A stretch of DNA of 64,000 nucleotides from a candidate division WWE3 bacterium (GTDB lineage Bacteria > Patescibacteriota > WWE3 > UBA101185 > UBA10185): the NCBI GenBank assembly GCA_014729135.1, contig WJKK01000001.1, forward strand, positions 535,590 to 599,589. Direction: 5' to 3'. Every line of letters starts with the position of its first letter. Within the stretch, counting starts at the first letter, position 1. Below the pieces are notes generated by a model, which was not told the origin of the DNA, ran no database searches, and saw nothing but the letters and a program-made list of their open reading frames with translations. Both the position numbers and the translations under genes were made by a program. This document shows positions 9,915 through 18,630 of this stretch, in pieces.

Positions 9915-9989
9915 CTGTTTTACGACATATTAACAAGCAAACAAATCCTTGGTAGCTAAGGACTCATCCACTTAAAAAATTTCATCAAA

Positions 9990-10541
9990 TTAAGCAGGAA
10001 TATTTAGCGTCTGTCCTGCATAAATAAGCGCTTGCTGCCCACTTGGTAAATAATCAACATTTGCACTATTTGCATCTCGGATTTTTGTCCACATAGATCC
10101 ATCACCATAAGCTGCCTCAGCAATTTCCCATAGAGTGTCCCCCGACTTCACAGTGTAGTCTCCCGTAGTCACATCTCCCTTGGAGTAGTCGTTAGCAGTC
10201 CATGCCGGTTCTGTTGAAGCTGCGTCATTGTTTCCTGTGGTTTCAATTGCAGTAGTATCTCCTGCTACAGCCTCTTCAGTTTTCTCGGCTACATCCGCTT
10301 TTTCACTCTCCTCCTTTTCCTCTTCAGTGCTTGTAGACAAAGTCTCCTTAAGCTCCTCCAGGCTCAACTTTCGCTCCTGTTTCTCGCCATCCTCCATAGT
10401 TTCAACGCCCTCTTTTGTGAAGTAGTTGTAGGTAGCAAAAACGAGTCCTAGAATGAAAATTCCTCCAATGATGAATGCAAGTGTATCTCCTTTATTCTCA
10501 GCTGCCTTTTCGGCATTAGTTTTTTCTGTATTATCTGTCAT
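9990..10541 (-). CDS. Membrane-anchored LysM domain protein
   Basis: TM segment, acidic linker, C-terminal YTVKSGDTLWEIA...LIYAGQTLNIP. Confidence 0.9.
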   Translation of the reverse strand: MTDNTEKTNAEKAAENKGDTLAFIIGGIFILGLVFATYNYFTKEGVETMEDGEKQERKLSLEELKETLSTSTEEEKEESEKADVAEKTEEAVAGDTTAIETTGNNDAASTEPAWTANDYSKGDVTTGDYTVKSGDTLWEIAEAAYGDGSMWTKIRDANSANVDYLPSGQQALIYAGQTLNIPA

Positions 10542-10609
10542 TTATTTTTGATACACCCCCTTTAGAGTTAAGTTTTTATGTGGGCAGATTAGTTTGGAAA
10601 TTATATCCA

Positions 10610-10686
10610 TGGCGGGATCGACGGGACTCGAACCCGCGGCCTCTTCCGTGACAGGGAAGCGCTCTAACCATCTGAGCTACGACCCC
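10610..10686 (-). tRNA. tRNA-Asp(GTC)
   Basis: GGGGTCG...CGATCCC-GCCA; anticodon arm cttcc-ct-GTC-ac-ggaag. Confidence 0.95.
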
Positions 10687-10818
10687 TCAGATCTGATGTG
10701 GTTATGTTATTTGATTTTAGTAGGGAAGTCAACTGTTTCTATGGGATAAGTAGGGGAAGTTAGAGGGATTTTAGATGGAATTTAGCAAAAGCTGCTTCTG
10801 TACGCTATTATTAAGACA

Positions 10819-12576
10819 ATGACAGAAAGGATGACTAATCAGGAAATAGTAAAAGTCTTAAAGGAAGCAGAGGCTGCTATGGAGGTCAAAGGGGCTAATC
10901 GCTTTAGAATTCGTGCCTATCAAAATGCTATTAATGCAATAGAAACCTCCACTTTTTCAGTGTATGACCTTTGGAAATCCGGTCGAGTAAGCGAAATCCC
11001 CGGAGTGGGTGCCAGTTTAACTCAGCACATAAACGATTTATTGAAAGAAGGTTCTGTTAAAGAGTTTGAAAATTTGCGTAAAGACCTTCCTGATGGGATG
11101 TTTGAACTTATTGGAATTCAAGGGATAGGTGCTAAACGTGCCCACAAACTTGCTTCCGCTTTTGAACTGGATGATCGCGAAGCTGCTCTGGAAAAGGTGG
11201 CAGAAGCTGCCGAAAAAGGAAAAATTCAAGATATTCCGGGGTTTGGCGAGAAAACTCAGGCGCAGATTTTAGAGGCTATAACGGAGTTAAAAAAGACCAA
11301 AAATGAAAAACCTCGTTTGTTGTGGGCGCAAGCTGAAACCATTGCAGAGAGAGTCTATAAATATGCCAAAGAATTACCGGAGATTCAAAAAATAGAGGCG
11401 CTAGGTTCTTACAGACGTAAAAAAGAAACGGTAGGGGACCTGGACTTTGCTGTTGCTACAGAGGATCCCGAAAAAGTCATGCAGCATCTTTTGGATTTTC
11501 CGGAAATAGTAGAGGTTTTGGTTGAGGGTGACAAAAAGGCTAGCGTGGTTATAGGCAACGAGTTTCAGCTTGATTTTAGAGTAGTTTCCCCGGATCAGTA
11601 TGGCTCTATGGTGCAGTATTTTACGGGATCTAAGTATCATAATATTGTTTTGCGTTCTTTTGCTTTAGATAAAGGTTATTCTTTGTCGGAGTACGGTATA
11701 AAGGAGTCTAAGTCTAAAAAGTTGCATGAATTTGCAGAGGAAGCAGATTTTTATAAGTTTTTGGATTTGGACATAGTTCCACCGGAGATTCGCCAAGGCA
11801 AAAATGAAGTGGATTTGGCAGCTAATGGGAATTTGCCAAAACTCATTCAACTTTCGGATATTAAAGGTGATTTGCATATGCACACAAACTTTTCTGATGG
11901 TACCAATACTTTAGAGGAAATGGTTCAAGCTTGTCGTGACAAAGGCTATGACTATATGGGAATTGCTGATCATGCTCCAAGTGTGGAAAGTCGTGGTTAT
12001 GCTGCTGTGCAAAAGATAATTACATCTACTCGCGAAAATTTTAATGAAATTGACTCCAAATATAACGACATTAAAGTTTTATATGGTTATGAGGTGAATC
12101 TTCTTGCAGATGCTTCCATTTCCTTACCTGATGAATTTTTAGAGCAGCTGGATTTTGTAATTGTTGGCCTGCATACAGCTTTCTCACAGGATAGAAAGCA
12201 GCTAATGAAGCGCTATATGACAGCAATTGAGCATCCTCTGGTGGATATAATTGCACATCCGACGGCTCGTTTAATTAATGAGCGTGATGCAGTAGATGTT
12301 AATTGGATGGATTTGTTTGACGCGGTTAAGAAGCATGACAAGATTTTGGAGATTAATTCGTATCCGGATCGTTTGGATTTGCCTTTTGATCTGGTTTTTG
12401 AGGCGCGCGAACGTGGGATTAAGCTGATTATAAATACAGATGCGCATAGTACAGGTCATTTGGATCTTATGCGGTTTGGTGTTTCTGTTGCTCGCAGGGG
12501 ATGGTGTGAGGCTGCCGATGTTTTAAACACTCAGTCCAAAGATGCCTTTTTGAAAAACCTCCAAAAATTTGCTTAG
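10819..12576 (+). CDS. polX: DNA polymerase X with PHP 3'-5' exonuclease domain
   Basis: FRIRAY, HhH motifs (IPGVG), GSYRR..GDLD, FTGSK.HN; PHP motifs DLHMHT.FSDG and TDAH. Confidence 0.93.
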   Translation: MTERMTNQEIVKVLKEAEAAMEVKGANRFRIRAYQNAINAIETSTFSVYDLWKSGRVSEIPGVGASLTQHINDLLKEGSVKEFENLRKDLPDGMFELIGIQGIGAKRAHKLASAFELDDREAALEKVAEAAEKGKIQDIPGFGEKTQAQILEAITELKKTKNEKPRLLWAQAETIAERVYKYAKELPEIQKIEALGSYRRKKETVGDLDFAVATEDPEKVMQHLLDFPEIVEVLVEGDKKASVVIGNEFQLDFRVVSPDQYGSMVQYFTGSKYHNIVLRSFALDKGYSLSEYGIKESKSKKLHEFAEEADFYKFLDLDIVPPEIRQGKNEVDLAANGNLPKLIQLSDIKGDLHMHTNFSDGTNTLEEMVQACRDKGYDYMGIADHAPSVESRGYAAVQKIITSTRENFNEIDSKYNDIKVLYGYEVNLLADASISLPDEFLEQLDFVIVGLHTAFSQDRKQLMKRYMTAIEHPLVDIIAHPTARLINERDAVDVNWMDLFDAVKKHDKILEINSYPDRLDLPFDLVFEARERGIKLIINTDAHSTGHLDLMRFGVSVARRGWCEAADVLNTQSKDAFLKNLQKFA

Positions 12577-12636
12577 ACTCATCTGTTGTATAATTAACCC
12601 AAGTATTTAAATCCATTTACTCAAGAAGGAGGTAAC

Positions 12637-13188
12637 ATGCAACTATTTTTAATTCCATTAGGAATTCTAGCTTTAATAGCGCTGTATTTAATTGGCATTT
12701 ACAACAAGCTTGCAAAACTTAAGGTTCGTATTGATGAAGCCTGGAGTCAAATTGACGTTCAGCTAAAGCGTCGTGCAGATCTTATTCCAAATCTTGTGGA
12801 AACCGTTAAAGGTTATGCTTCTCATGAAAAAGGGGTATTTCAGCAAGTAACGGAGGCGCGCTCAGCATTAATGAGTGCTTCTAATGTAAAAGAGGCAGGT
12901 CAAGCAGATCAACAGCTTCAAACTGCTCTAAAGTCACTCTTTGCTGTTGCTGAAGCTTATCCTGAGTTAAAAGCTCAAGAAGGCTTTACTAACTTACAGC
13001 GAGAACTTTCGGATACTGAAGATAAAGTTGCTTATTCCCGTCAGTTTTACAATGCTGTAGTTCGCGACTTTAATACCATGCTTGCAACTTTCCCTACAAA
13101 TGTAGTTGGAAATATGCTTGGCTATTCTCAAAGGGAGTTTTTTGAGGCTTCAGAAGAAGAGCGTAAAAACGTGGAAGTAGATTTTTAA
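12637..13188 (+). CDS. lemA: LemA family protein
   Basis: WSQIDVQLKRRADLIPNLVETVKGYASHE. Strong SD (AGGAGG). Confidence 0.95.
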   Translation: MQLFLIPLGILALIALYLIGIYNKLAKLKVRIDEAWSQIDVQLKRRADLIPNLVETVKGYASHEKGVFQQVTEARSALMSASNVKEAGQADQQLQTALKSLFAVAEAYPELKAQEGFTNLQRELSDTEDKVAYSRQFYNAVVRDFNTMLATFPTNVVGNMLGYSQREFFEASEEERKNVEVDF

Positions 13189-13230
13189 AAGTCTGCTTTA
13201 GTAAAGCAAATAAGTTAAAAGCTGCGTTTT

Positions 13231-14133
13231 ATGGCAACCCCTTATACACATATAGCTCAAAATAAACGGCAAACTGCTCTTGTAGTTGTTGCTTTTGTAC
13301 TGGTAATTTCAGCATTGGGCTTTTTCTTTGATCTTTACTTTGGCAGCGAAGGTTTTGTTTACACCGGTGTTGCTTTGATTTTTGCCGGGATTTCCAGCTT
13401 TATTAGCTATTACAACTCCGACAAAATTGTGCTTGCTATTTCCGGCGCCCGTAAAGTCACTCCCAATGAAAATGAGGCCCTTCATGACCTTGTAGAAAAT
13501 ATGGCAATTGCTTCCGGACTTCCCAAGCCTGAAATTTACATGATCGAAGATACTGCTATGAATGCTTTTGCTACGGGACGCGATCCTGATCATTCGGTTA
13601 TATGCTTTACTTCAGGAATTGTGGCTGCCTTAGATAAGCGCGAATTAGAAGGTGTTATAGCTCATGAAATGTCGCATATTGGTAATCGGGATATTTTGCT
13701 GATGTCTGTTGTGAGTGTTTTGGTGGGTTCTATTACGCTTTTGGCGGATTGGTTTACAAGGGGGCGTTCATATCGCTCCCGTCGTCGAAGTAAAAGTTCT
13801 TCAATGCCTCCTGTGGTAATGGCTTTGGGGCTGGTTTTAGTGCTTTTAAGTCCGGTTATTGCGCAGTTGATTAAGTTGGCGCTTGGTAGAAAGCGGGAGT
13901 TTTTAGCAGATTCTACTGCAGTAATGCTTACACGTTACCCCCAAGGATTAGCCAATGCTCTTAGGAAGCTTTCTTCTGATCGGGAGATTTTGGAGGCAGC
14001 AAATGGGGCTACAGCGCATCTTTATATTACGAGTCCTTTACAGGGGAGGGGTTCTCCAACTACTTGGTTTTCTAAACTTTTTAGCACTCATCCTCCTGTG
14101 GAAGAGCGAATTGTTCGTTTAGAGTCGATGTAA
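13231..14133 (+). CDS. htpX: M48 zinc metalloprotease HtpX
   Basis: NAFATG, AHEMSH, REFLAD, FSTHPP. Follows lemA. Confidence 0.93.
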   Translation: MATPYTHIAQNKRQTALVVVAFVLVISALGFFFDLYFGSEGFVYTGVALIFAGISSFISYYNSDKIVLAISGARKVTPNENEALHDLVENMAIASGLPKPEIYMIEDTAMNAFATGRDPDHSVICFTSGIVAALDKRELEGVIAHEMSHIGNRDILLMSVVSVLVGSITLLADWFTRGRSYRSRRRSKSSSMPPVVMALGLVLVLLSPVIAQLIKLALGRKREFLADSTAVMLTRYPQGLANALRKLSSDREILEAANGATAHLYITSPLQGRGSPTTWFSKLFSTHPPVEERIVRLESM

Positions 14134-14230
14134 TTTTTGGTTGACTTTTGGATTCGTCATGGTTTTTTAGAACTTTCTGCGGCCTTTAGGTAAGCCAAAT
14201 TAAAATCAACTTCCTTTTATTACAAGCACT

Positions 14231-14273
14231 AATAAGTATTGACTTATTTAACGGATGTTGGTAAATTTATATT
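14231..14273 (+). promoter_or_regulatory. Sigma70 promoter with an overlapping palindromic operator; leaderless start
   Basis: TTGACT (14239-14244), 17-nt spacer, TG-G-TAAATT (-10 at 14262-14267), then 6 nt to the ATG. Inverted repeat aataagt-attg-acttatt (14231-14248) covers the -35. Confidence 0.6.
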
Positions 14274-14816
14274 ATGAAAAAATCACCCACAACAAAAACC
14301 GAAAAGGAAAGCTTGACTCAAAAGATGGATGCTCTTTTGGATTTAGCCAAGAGTAATGCAGAAAAATTAGATACTCAGAATAGAAAGTTAGATACTTTGG
14401 AGAACAAAGTAAGCAGTCTAAACTCAGTGGTCCCAAAGTTAGTGGAAAAAGTTAGTGATCTAGAGATTGCGGTGGGGAGGTTGGAGACTCGTGTGGGTAT
14501 TTTAGAAGATACCATAGGCAATTTAGAAAATAGACTGGATAGTTTAGAAAGTAAGGTTGATACCTTGGATAAGACGGTTTCAGAGTTACGTAAGGATATG
14601 AAGTCGGAATTCAGTCAAATGAGCGAACGTCTAAATACAATGGATAAACGCATGTCCCGTAGTGAAGGCCGTATTCTTAAAGTAGAAGATGCCGCCAATT
14701 TGCACGGTAGAAAGTTGGATTGGGTTTTTAGTGGTGAGAATGAATATGTTACAGAGAAGCGCCTGAAAGTTTTTGCACAAACTAACGAACTTTCTTACCT
14801 TTCTCCAAAATCATAG
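14274..14816 (+). CDS. Heptad-repeat coiled-coil hypothetical protein
   Basis: Long run of LE/LD..V heptads (LETRVGI-LEDTIGN-LENRLDS-LESKVDT). Has its own promoter. Confidence 0.75.
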   Translation: MKKSPTTKTEKESLTQKMDALLDLAKSNAEKLDTQNRKLDTLENKVSSLNSVVPKLVEKVSDLEIAVGRLETRVGILEDTIGNLENRLDSLESKVDTLDKTVSELRKDMKSEFSQMSERLNTMDKRMSRSEGRILKVEDAANLHGRKLDWVFSGENEYVTEKRLKVFAQTNELSYLSPKS

Positions 14817-14906
14817 GTGTTACTTCTCTAGTATTTTTGTGACGTGTTGACCTATCTTTGTAATTTTTCTTTTAACCACCTCCATAGTTTGCTATGATAG
14901 GCCAGT

Positions 14907-15203
14907 ATGGATCGTAAGATTAGTTTAGAAGCCACACAACACATTGCCGAACTTGTTAACCTAACGCTAACTCAAGAAGAGCTGGAAAAGTTGTCGATTA
15001 TGCTTTCAGATACGCTTGATTACGTAGAGGTTTTAGAGGAACTGGATACAGCAAAAACTCCTCCAACTTTTCAGGTAACCGGTTTAGAGAACGTTTTTCA
15101 GACAGAAAAAAATCACATCTGTTTTACACAGGATGCAGCTTTAGCAAACGCAAAAGAAACAAAGGATGGCAAGTTTGTGACGGAGGCGGTTTTTGATCGC
15201 TAG
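14907..15203 (+). CDS. gatC: Asp/Glu-tRNA amidotransferase subunit C
   Basis: HIAELVNL..ILDY-like pattern, GLENVF, ALANA. Lies upstream of gatA. Confidence 0.85.
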   Translation: MDRKISLEATQHIAELVNLTLTQEELEKLSIMLSDTLDYVEVLEELDTAKTPPTFQVTGLENVFQTEKNHICFTQDAALANAKETKDGKFVTEAVFDR

Positions 15204-15236
15204 ACTTTTGCTCTAGCTTATTCAAGGGAAACTTTC

Positions 15237-16664
15237 ATGTCGGACTTAAACAAACTAACAATTACACAGGCTTTAAGTGGGCTAAAAAACAAGGAGTTTA
15301 CAAGCGAGGAGCTTACACGTGCTTGCTTAGATGTTATAGAAGATAAAGATCTTACAATTAAGGCGTTTATTACTGTCTTACATGACTCTGCTTTGGAGCA
15401 GGCAAAACAGGCTGATAAGCTAATTTCTTCTAGAGAAGTTGAGGTTTTTAATGACAAGCCTCTATTAGGAATTCCCTATGCAGCGAAGGACAACTTTTGC
15501 ACAAAAGGCATTGAAACAACGGCAGGATCTCAAGTTTTAAAGGATTTTGTGCCTCCTTATGAGTCCACAGTTACGCAACGTTTGAAGGATGCAGGAGCTG
15601 TGCTTTTGGGTAAGACGAATATGGATGCTTTTGCGCATGGATCCTCAACAGAAGAATCCGACTTTTTTACTACCAAAAATCCTTGGGATTACGCCAGAGT
15701 TCCGGGAGGTTCCTCCGGTGGTTCAGCAGCAGCAGTAATTGCAGACATGTGCATTTTTGCCATTGGAAGCGAAACAGGAGGAAGCATTAGAGGACCTGCT
15801 TCTTGGTGTGGTACTACGGGGTTAAAGCCTACTTACGGTCGTGTCAGCAGATATGGTGTTATTGCTATGGCCTCTTCAACGGATTCCCCCGGCCCTTTAA
15901 CCAAAACAGCAACAGATGCAGCTCATGTTCTTAAGGTTTTAGCCGGGAAAGATCCTTTGGATGCAACTACTTCTCCGGTGAATGGCGAAAATTATCCGGA
16001 AAATTTAATTAACGTTAGTTTAAAAGGTCTTAAAGTAGGTAAGCCAAGGTCTTATTTTGAAATAGATTTGCAAGAGGGTGTGGCAGAAAAAGTGAATGGA
16101 TTTCTTAAGTTTTTGGAAAATGAAGGGGCAGAAATAATCAATGTAGATCTTTTGGATCCTAAATATTCTATTGCCGTTTATACATTGTTGCAGCGCTCTG
16201 AAGTTTCCTCTAACTTGGCTCGATTTGATGGTATTCGCTATGGTAATGATCGGGACTCCTTTGGATTTGAGGCTCGAAAGCGAATGATGCTTGGGGCGTA
16301 TGCTTTAAGCGCAGGTTACTATGATGAGTATTATGCAAAGGCTCAGAAAGTTCGTACTTTGCTTGTGGAAGATTTTGATAGGGTGTTTAACCGAGTGGAT
16401 ATCCTTGTTGGTCCAACCATGCCTTGCGTTGCCATGCGGATGGGTGAAAGTGCTGAAAATCCCATGTTTGGTGAGATGATGGACAAGTTAACGGAACCAA
16501 GTACTATTGCCGGTTTAACAGGCGTTACAGTTCCCGTTGGATTTGCTGAAGATTTACCTGTAGGTGCTCAAATTATGGGGAATCGCTTTAGGGAATCTTT
16601 AGTTTTAGGTATTGCAAACGCCTATCAAAAAGCAACTAACTTTCACGAAAGGAGGCCCGAATGA
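15237..16664 (+). CDS. gatA: Asp/Glu-tRNA amidotransferase subunit A
   Basis: Amidase signature GGSSGGSAAAV, GSETGGSIR, SSNLARFDGIRYG. Confidence 0.96.
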   Translation: MSDLNKLTITQALSGLKNKEFTSEELTRACLDVIEDKDLTIKAFITVLHDSALEQAKQADKLISSREVEVFNDKPLLGIPYAAKDNFCTKGIETTAGSQVLKDFVPPYESTVTQRLKDAGAVLLGKTNMDAFAHGSSTEESDFFTTKNPWDYARVPGGSSGGSAAAVIADMCIFAIGSETGGSIRGPASWCGTTGLKPTYGRVSRYGVIAMASSTDSPGPLTKTATDAAHVLKVLAGKDPLDATTSPVNGENYPENLINVSLKGLKVGKPRSYFEIDLQEGVAEKVNGFLKFLENEGAEIINVDLLDPKYSIAVYTLLQRSEVSSNLARFDGIRYGNDRDSFGFEARKRMMLGAYALSAGYYDEYYAKAQKVRTLLVEDFDRVFNRVDILVGPTMPCVAMRMGESAENPMFGEMMDKLTEPSTIAGLTGVTVPVGFAEDLPVGAQIMGNRFRESLVLGIANAYQKATNFHERRPE

Positions 16665-17065
16665 GTCTAATTGGTGATATACTCCGCTTTTTAGTAGGCA
16701 ATGCTCGGTCCAAAAAGACTCGAGTAACCCCTAAAACAATGCAAGGAATAAAGGATAAGTGGGCTTCCCAAGTTACTCCGGCGTTAAAAGCACGAAAACC
16801 AAGTCAACTAAGGCAGGCGCTAATTACCTCCGATAAACTGCTTGATGCTGCTTTAAAAGACGTGGTCTCAGGGGAAAATATGGGTCAAAGATTAAAAAAC
16901 GCTAAAGATCTTTTTGACTGGAGTGTTTATGACAAGCTTTGGAAGGCGCATAAAGTTAGAAATGCTTTGGTGCATGATTTGGAATATGAACCTACTTATT
17001 TTGTTTTAGAAAAGGCCATTGCAGATTTTGAGATGGGCTTAAAAGAATTAGGAGTAAGTTTATGA
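16661..17065 (+). CDS. Hypothetical protein inside the gat operon (HEPN-like RNxxxH motif)
   Basis: Coupled to gatA and gatB by ATGA overlaps. Contains WKAHKVRNALVHD. Confidence 0.75.
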   Translation: MSLIGDILRFLVGNARSKKTRVTPKTMQGIKDKWASQVTPALKARKPSQLRQALITSDKLLDAALKDVVSGENMGQRLKNAKDLFDWSVYDKLWKAHKVRNALVHDLEYEPTYFVLEKAIADFEMGLKELGVSL

Positions 17066-18420
17066 GTGCTTATAAGGATCTAACAGAACAGAAATTATCC
17101 CTTGAGAAAGAGCTTTTGGGCCCCTATCGTCTAGTTGTGGGGCTTGAAATTCACATGCATGTTAAAACTGATCACGGTATGTTTTGTGCCTGTTCTACAG
17201 AGGGAGTTTATGATGCTCCTTCAAATACGCATACCTGTCCTGTTTGTTTAGGCCTTCCGGGGGCGCTTCCGGTTCCAAATGAGGACGCCATTAAACAAAC
17301 GCATCGACTAGGGATAGCCTTTCATTGCGAATTAAACAAGGAATCCCGCTTTGATCGAAAGCACTATTTTTATCCGGATCTTCCCAAAGGTTATCAGATA
17401 AGTCAGTATCTAAAACCTCTTTGTGGTGAGGGTTACTTGGATTTGCCGACAGGATCTCGTGTTGAGCTTGAGCGAATCCACTTGGAGGAGGATACGGCTA
17501 AGTCCTTCCATGAAGGGGGTAAGACTTTGATTGATTTCAATAAGTCGGGTATGCCTTTAATTGAAATGGTTACAAAGCCCTCAATCCACTCTGCTTGGGA
17601 GGCGGCGGAGTTTGGGCGTCAGGTTCGGGAGATTGTTCGTTATTTAGGCGTTAGTGATGCCGATATGGAAAAGGGTCAGATGCGAGTGGAGCCTAATATT
17701 TCTTTGCAGACTGCGGAGATGGCTAAAAACGGTAAGTTGCCCGACTATAAAGTCGAGATTAAAAACATTAACTCGTTTAAGTTTATGGAGAAGGCTATTC
17801 TTTATGAGATTAAGCGGCAGCGTGAGATTTTGGAGTCAGGTGAGGTTCCTTTGCAGGAGAATCGCGGTTATGATGAAGCTTCGGGTGAAACGGTTCCGCA
17901 GCGTAGTAAAGAGGAAGCCCATGATTATCGCTATTTCCCGGAGCCGGATATCCCTCCTATGAGTTTTGATGGTGCCTACTTTGAGGATTTGAAAAAGACT
18001 GTTAAGCGTTTGCCGGAAGAGACAAAGAAGGAGTTGATTGAGGAGAAAGGTTTGTCTCGTCAGGAGGCGGATGTTTTAGTTTCAGAGGATTTGGTTGATT
18101 TGCTTTATGGTGTAGTTGATTTGGGAGTGGTTTTTGATGAGGCGGTTAATTTGTTGGTGAATCGCCCGGAGTATCGTGAGTTTTCTGCAGAGGAGTTTGC
18201 AGCTAAGATTAAGGAGCAGTCGAATAAGATAGAGGATATGGCCGCATTGGAGACGGTTGTTGGCGAGGTTTTGGCGGAGAATCCTCAGGTTGTAGCTGAG
18301 ATTGAATCCGGTAAGGATAGTGCTAAGGAATATCTATTGGGCCAGGTTATGAGGAAGACTAAAGGTAAAGCCGATCCTGTAATAGTTCGCCGGCTTTTGA
18401 CTACTAGATTTCAAGGATAA
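17062..18420 (+). CDS. gatB: Asp/Glu-tRNA amidotransferase subunit B
   Basis: GLEIH, CPVCLGLPGALP, FDRKHYFYPDLPKGYQISQY, DYRYFPEPDIP. Confidence 0.96.
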   Translation: MSAYKDLTEQKLSLEKELLGPYRLVVGLEIHMHVKTDHGMFCACSTEGVYDAPSNTHTCPVCLGLPGALPVPNEDAIKQTHRLGIAFHCELNKESRFDRKHYFYPDLPKGYQISQYLKPLCGEGYLDLPTGSRVELERIHLEEDTAKSFHEGGKTLIDFNKSGMPLIEMVTKPSIHSAWEAAEFGRQVREIVRYLGVSDADMEKGQMRVEPNISLQTAEMAKNGKLPDYKVEIKNINSFKFMEKAILYEIKRQREILESGEVPLQENRGYDEASGETVPQRSKEEAHDYRYFPEPDIPPMSFDGAYFEDLKKTVKRLPEETKKELIEEKGLSRQEADVLVSEDLVDLLYGVVDLGVVFDEAVNLLVNRPEYREFSAEEFAAKIKEQSNKIEDMAALETVVGEVLAENPQVVAEIESGKDSAKEYLLGQVMRKTKGKADPVIVRRLLTTRFQG

Positions 18421-18552
18421 TCCTTTCCAAGAACCCCAGCATCGTTATACCCATAGGATGTATGCGTCTCCTAAACAAGGATAATCCTTAATTTCACACG
18501 TGTATTTGCTTTATCTGAAGTTGGTAGAAGTTTCTATGCAAGGATCATCCTT
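18412..18552. repeat. Three regularly spaced 14-bp palindromes CAAGGAT(A/C)ATCCTT
   Basis: Copies at 18412-18425, 18476-18489 and 18539-18552. Period 64 and 63 bp, with unrelated 50- and 49-nt spacers. Confidence 0.85.
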
Positions 18553-18630
18553 AAAAGATCAGCGAAGATTGCTGAAATTTGATGAAAAATTACTCTTGAG
18601 GAACCTTGCCAAAAAACATAAGATAGAAAC

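Noticed and set aside
18412-18552. CRISPR array
   Set aside because: Only three 14-bp repeats with ~50-nt spacers and no cas genes. Kept as an unexplained palindrome triplet.
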